Below are positions 39,791-43,692 of a stretch of 43,692 nucleotides of DNA, piece after piece; position 1 is the stretch's first letter, and every line of letters starts with the position of its first letter. The notes under the pieces were generated by a model that ran no database searches, was not told the origin of the DNA, and saw nothing but the letters and a program-made list of their open reading frames with translations. Location: positions 1 through 43,692 of the forward strand of contig JBNGEB010000003.1 in assembly GCA_049975585.1 (NCBI GenBank), written 5' to 3'. The position numbers and the translations under genes are program-made. Source of the stretch: Anaerolineae bacterium (GTDB lineage Bacteria; Chloroflexota; Anaerolineae; UBA1429).

Positions 39791-41710
39791 CTAGTCGCCT
39801 TGCATCATGGCGCTGGCCTGGCGTTCCCATTCGGTGAGGCGGGCAGCGAGTTCGGATTCGAGCCGGCCAAACGACTCGGAGAGCTCGCGCAGGTGGGTCA
39901 CCTCCTGGGCTACGCTGGCCTGCGCCATTTCCCGCTGCAGATCGTCCAAGCGCCCTTCGAGCAAGTGGATCTGCTCTTCTAGCTCTTCTGTACGCCGGGC
40001 CCTTTCGCTAGCCGAGCGTCCTAGCGGTGTTGAGCTCGTCGACTGCCCAGCTCTGGGAGAGGGCTTGGCTTCTGCGGAGCGGGCCGCCTCCAGGGCGCGG
40101 GCCTGGACATACTCGGAGTAATTGCCTTCAAACTGCTCGAGATGGTGTTCTCGCACCATCCAAACGTGTGTGGCTACGGCGTCCACCAGGTAGCGATCGT
40201 GCGAGACAAAGAGCAGCGTACCGTTGTAACTCGCGAGCACTTGCTCAAGCACCTCGCGGGAGGCTACGTCCAGATGGGTGGTCGGCTCGTCAAGGATGAG
40301 CCAGTTGGCGCCTCTCAGCGTGAGGATGGCTAGTCCGAGCCTGGACCGCTCGCCGCCGGAGAGGGACTTGACGCGCTTGTCCACGGTGTCCTCGGTAAAG
40401 AGAAAGCGGGCCAGATGGTGAAGGGCCTGATCGCGCTTTAGCTTGCTCTCGGCCATCAGCTGTTGGAGCACGGTGAGGCTTGGATCGAACCAGCCATGGG
40501 TTTGGGGCAAGTACCCGATACGCAGGCTAGCGCCTCGACGCACGCGCCCCTGCAAGGGCTCCATCTCGCCCATGAGCATGCGAAGGAACGTGGTCTTGCC
40601 ACAGCCGTTGGGCCCCAGCAGCGCGATGCGATCGCCGCGCTCGATGCGGAATTTGCTTGTATCGAACAGACGCATCGGGCCAGTAGCGTCCGTGTCAGCA
40701 TCTGGCATCGTCGGATAGCCCACGACGATACCTTCGCTGGTGAGCACTTCATCGCCCGAGCGCAACGAGGCGCGCATGCGCATGCTGAGGGCACGGCGCT
40801 CGCGAGGGGGCTGGATACGTTCCAATCGATCGAGCTGTTTCTCGCGTCCGCGAGCTTGCCTACTTCGCTGACCCGCCTTGTAGCGCTGAATGAAATCTTC
40901 AGTGCGGGCGATGAGCTCCTGCTGTTCCTCGTACTCGCGACGCTGACGTTCGCGTCGATGTGCACGCTCGGTGAGGTACGCTGAATAGTTGCCGCGGTAG
41001 GCGGTGACTGTGCCGCCCTCGAGCTCCCAGATGCGGTTGACGACCTGATCGAGAAAGTAGCGGTCGTGGGAAACGATGATAAGGCTCTTGCGCCAGGCTT
41101 GGAGATAGGACTCGAGCCATTCGAGGGCATTGAGATCGAGATAGTTTGTCGGCTCGTCTAGCACGAGCAGATCTGGCTCCTGCAGGAGCAGCTTGGCCAA
41201 GAGGGCGCGTGTGATCTGCCCGCCGCTAAGGATGTCGATGGGCCAGGAGAAGGCTTCTTCTGGGAAGCCGATCCCGCCCAACACGCGCTTGATGCGGCTC
41301 TCGTAGGTGTAGCCTCCTGCCCTCTCAAAGCGCTCCTCTGCTCGGGCATAGGCGGCTAGCAGATCGTTGTCGGTCGGATGCTGCGACAGTTCGTGGGCGA
41401 GGGACAAGAGTCTCCGCTCTTGCTTGCGCAAGCGCTCGAATACCGTGAGCATCTCGCGAAACAGCGTGCGCTCGCTCTGCAGCCTTGGGACCTGAGGAAG
41501 ATAGGCCATTTCCAGGCCGCGAGAGCGCTGCACTACCCCCGAGGTTGGCTGAAGGTCGCCGAGAATGATGCGCAGCAAGGTTGTCTTGCCCTCGCCGTTG
41601 GGACCGACGAGTCCGACCTTGTCGCCCCGAGCCATGGCGAAACTGACGCCGTGGAATACGTCCTGGGCGCCATAGTAGATGCCAAGATCATGCGCGGTCA
41701 GGATGGACAT
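39791..41710 (-). CDS. ABC-F family ATPase
   Basis: Two ABC domains (GPNGEGKTT/LSGGQ/DEPTN and GPNGCGKTT/LSGGE/DEPTT), a helical linker, a coiled-coil tail and no TM. Confidence 0.95.
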   Translation of the reverse strand: MSILTAHDLGIYYGAQDVFHGVSFAMARGDKVGLVGPNGEGKTTLLRIILGDLQPTSGVVQRSRGLEMAYLPQVPRLQSERTLFREMLTVFERLRKQERRLLSLAHELSQHPTDNDLLAAYARAEERFERAGGYTYESRIKRVLGGIGFPEEAFSWPIDILSGGQITRALLAKLLLQEPDLLVLDEPTNYLDLNALEWLESYLQAWRKSLIIVSHDRYFLDQVVNRIWELEGGTVTAYRGNYSAYLTERAHRRERQRREYEEQQELIARTEDFIQRYKAGQRSRQARGREKQLDRLERIQPPRERRALSMRMRASLRSGDEVLTSEGIVVGYPTMPDADTDATGPMRLFDTSKFRIERGDRIALLGPNGCGKTTFLRMLMGEMEPLQGRVRRGASLRIGYLPQTHGWFDPSLTVLQQLMAESKLKRDQALHHLARFLFTEDTVDKRVKSLSGGERSRLGLAILTLRGANWLILDEPTTHLDVASREVLEQVLASYNGTLLFVSHDRYLVDAVATHVWMVREHHLEQFEGNYSEYVQARALEAARSAEAKPSPRAGQSTSSTPLGRSASERARRTEELEEQIHLLEGRLDDLQREMAQASVAQEVTHLRELSESFGRLESELAARLTEWERQASAMMQGD

Positions 41711-41739
41711 GGTTTCTCCGTGCGAACGCTACTCCAACG

Positions 41740-41748
41740 ATTATAGCA
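41740..41748 (-). promoter_or_regulatory. Extended -10 promoter for the ABC-F operon
   Basis: TGcTATAAT on the minus strand. Confidence 0.6.
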
Positions 41749-41849
41749 TGCCCCGGCGGCCTCACCAATGGAGGGGCTGGGACTCTCGATCATCGCCAAG
41801 AGGGGTGTCGCGCTAGACATGAGTCGGGGTGCCGAGCCGCCCAACGCAG

Positions 41850-41878
41850 TTGGCCCTTGGGGGAGCACGCTCTATAAT
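41850..41878 (+). promoter_or_regulatory. sigma70-type promoter
   Basis: TTGGCC-17 bp-TATAAT. Confidence 0.65.
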
Positions 41879-41900
41879 CGGCGGCAGGGAAGGAGGAAAG

Positions 41901-42269
41901 GTGCGTCGCAGATGGTTTCCTCTGCTCACAGGTGTCCTTGGCGGCCTGCTCTGGGTAGCACTGGGCGCCATTTTGAACACACGTCCCCCGACCACAGGCA
42001 ACCAGGTGCTCTTTGTGGCGGTGCTGGGGATGGCCTTGGCTGCAACGGTCATGCTGGTTAGTTACCTGCTGCACACACGGCAGCACGGCCTGTTGTACAT
42101 GACGCCGCCTTGGCGGAACGCTGTGCGACAAGGCGCTCTCGTGGGTGTGCTTGGTGCGGCTCTTGTGGCGCTGCGCCTGGTCGGAGCGCTCGGGGTTGGT
42201 AGCGGCGTGCTTCTTGTTCTCTTGGCAGCGTCGTGCGAGCTCTTGGCCTGGTTGCGTCGCCGGTACTAG
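41901..42269 (+). CDS. Small membrane protein, about 4 TM; start GTG 41901
   Basis: AAGGAGG RBS, four hydrophobic segments, AVRQGAL motif. Confidence 0.8.
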   Translation: MRRRWFPLLTGVLGGLLWVALGAILNTRPPTTGNQVLFVAVLGMALAATVMLVSYLLHTRQHGLLYMTPPWRNAVRQGALVGVLGAALVALRLVGALGVGSGVLLVLLAASCELLAWLRRRY

Positions 42270-42303
42270 GACAGAGCTCCCGTCGGGATCGCTCCTGGAT
42301 AGG

Positions 42304-42337
42304 AAAAGAGGGGATGGCTCAGGGGCCATCCCCTCTT
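42304..42337. terminator. Bidirectional terminator
   Basis: AAGAGGGGATGGC / GCCATCCCCTCTT 13-bp stem with a U-tail on the minus strand. Confidence 0.8.
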
Positions 42338-42352
42338 GTGATGCCGTGAGGG

Positions 42353-43456
42353 CTACTGATAGACCGTCAGCTCGGTGTCGCGGTCGAACACATGCATGTT
42401 GTCCATGTTAAAGTAGAGCTCGACGTCCTGGCCAACACGCGCTAAAGTGCGCGGGTCCACGCGAGCGATAAAGCTCTTGTTGCCCGAGACCATGTAGAGA
42501 AAGACCTCGTTGCCCATGAGCTCCGTGACGTCCACCTTGGCGGTAACGCTGGCTGCCGTGATGCCTGGAGGCGCGTACTGCGGGTCGTGGATGTCCTCAG
42601 GGCGCATGCCAAGGACGACCTCTTTGCCGAGATAGTCAAACAGCGGGCCAGCCTTTTCGGCTGGTACTTTCACCTTGAAGGTGCCTGCGTCGAGGTGGAG
42701 GTCCTCTTTGGTGCCCGTGACGGTGACGTCAAAGAAGTTCATGGCGGGGCTGCCGATAAACCCGGCAACAAAAATGTTGGCCGGCGAGCTGTAAAGCGTC
42801 TGCGGTGTGTCACACTGCTGGAGGATGCCGTCGCGCATCACAGCGATGCGGGTACCCATCGTCATGGCCTCGACCTGGTCGTGGGTCACATAGATGAACG
42901 TGGTCTCGAGGCGCTGGTGGAGCTTGGAGAGCTCGGCGCGCGTGGCAACACGCAGCTTGGCGTCCAAGTTCGAGAGCGGCTCGTCCATGAGGAACACAGC
43001 TGGCTCACGAACGATGGCGCGGCCCAGGGCCACACGCTGGCGCTGGCCACCAGACAGCTGCTTCGGTTTGCGGTCTAGCAGCTCCTCGATGCCGAGGATG
43101 CCCGCTGCTTCTTTGACGCGGCGGTCAATCTCGGCCTTGGGCGTCTTGCGAAGCTTGAGGCCAAAGGCCATGTTGTCGTACACGCTCATGTGCGGGTACA
43201 GCGCATAGCTCTGGAACACCATAGCAATGTCGCGGTCCTTGGGGGCTACGTCGTTGACCAGGCGGTCGCCGATGTAGATGTTGCCTTCGGTGAGCTCCTC
43301 GAGGCCTGCTAGGAGGCGCAGGGAGGTCGTCTTCCCACAGCCTGAGGGGCCGACGAATACCAGGAACTCCTTGTCTGCGATCTCGATGGACATGTCGTTC
43401 ACAGCGACGACGTCACCAAACCGCTTGGTGACATGCTCGTACGTAACACTTGCCAT
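42353..43456 (-). CDS. Sugar ABC transporter ATP-binding protein (MsmX/UgpC/MalK family)
   Basis: VGPSGCGKTT, MVFQSYALYPHM, LSGGQRQR, DEPLSNLDAKLR, VTHDQ, C-terminal TOBE region. Confidence 0.96.
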   Translation of the reverse strand: MASVTYEHVTKRFGDVVAVNDMSIEIADKEFLVFVGPSGCGKTTSLRLLAGLEELTEGNIYIGDRLVNDVAPKDRDIAMVFQSYALYPHMSVYDNMAFGLKLRKTPKAEIDRRVKEAAGILGIEELLDRKPKQLSGGQRQRVALGRAIVREPAVFLMDEPLSNLDAKLRVATRAELSKLHQRLETTFIYVTHDQVEAMTMGTRIAVMRDGILQQCDTPQTLYSSPANIFVAGFIGSPAMNFFDVTVTGTKEDLHLDAGTFKVKVPAEKAGPLFDYLGKEVVLGMRPEDIHDPQYAPPGITAASVTAKVDVTELMGNEVFLYMVSGNKSFIARVDPRTLARVGQDVELYFNMDNMHVFDRDTELTVYQ

Positions 43457-43692
43457 CAGAATCTCCTTTGTCTGGCTTGCGCGTCAGAGAAAACAAAGCC
43501 TCTCTGGACGCGGCGTCCCTAGAGTGGGGACTTTTCCGGCTCATGGCGATGGCAGAACTGTTCGGTCAGGCGATAAGCCTGGGCACAAGGCCAAAACCGC
43601 CCATCGCGGAGCCTCCTAGAAGCGAGAGACAACCGGACGCGTGTTAGCGTTCCCCGATAGGCTACCCTCCTGGCGCATCAGCACCCCAAGAA

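Noticed and set aside
39791-41710. Antibiotic-resistance ABC-F
   Set aside because: The architecture fits housekeeping ABC-F proteins, and the leader is only about 25 nt with no room for an attenuator.

Overview
A GC-rich bacterial chromosome segment. The protein families, the large SRP RNA and the monoderm envelope genes suggest Chloroflexota/Anaerolineae (inference). It holds about 35 CDSs: gmd (partial), a URO-D-like gene, pepF, a uxaC-like gene, serA with DUF1015, a ribokinase with a GH106-like hydrolase, an orphan gyrB/parE, a pfkA-rnhA-phospholipid operon, a GNAT-HDAC pair, an M28 peptidase, a YabE/RpfB-like gene with rsmA, dtd, coaE, an ABC-F ATPase and an MsmX-like ATPase. It also holds tRNA-Ser(GGA), an Alu-type SRP RNA and many near-consensus sigma70 promoters. 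I saw no CRISPR array, transposase, integrase or prophage. Main signals: (1) an unrecognised attenuator/riboswitch-like leader with mutually exclusive helices and a terminator before DUF1015-serA; (2) a possible membrane-DNA module made of an inverted-topology ComEA-like protein, a polytopic membrane protein, an orphan type IIA topoisomerase B subunit with altered drug-contact residues, and a divergent 874-aa anchored coiled coil; (3) several intact ORFs that appear to have lost catalytic residues (second RNase H domain, sortase, PyrD/PyrK-like pair); (4) two unannotated gene relics. All family calls and alignments were made by eye from remembered motifs, not by database search.
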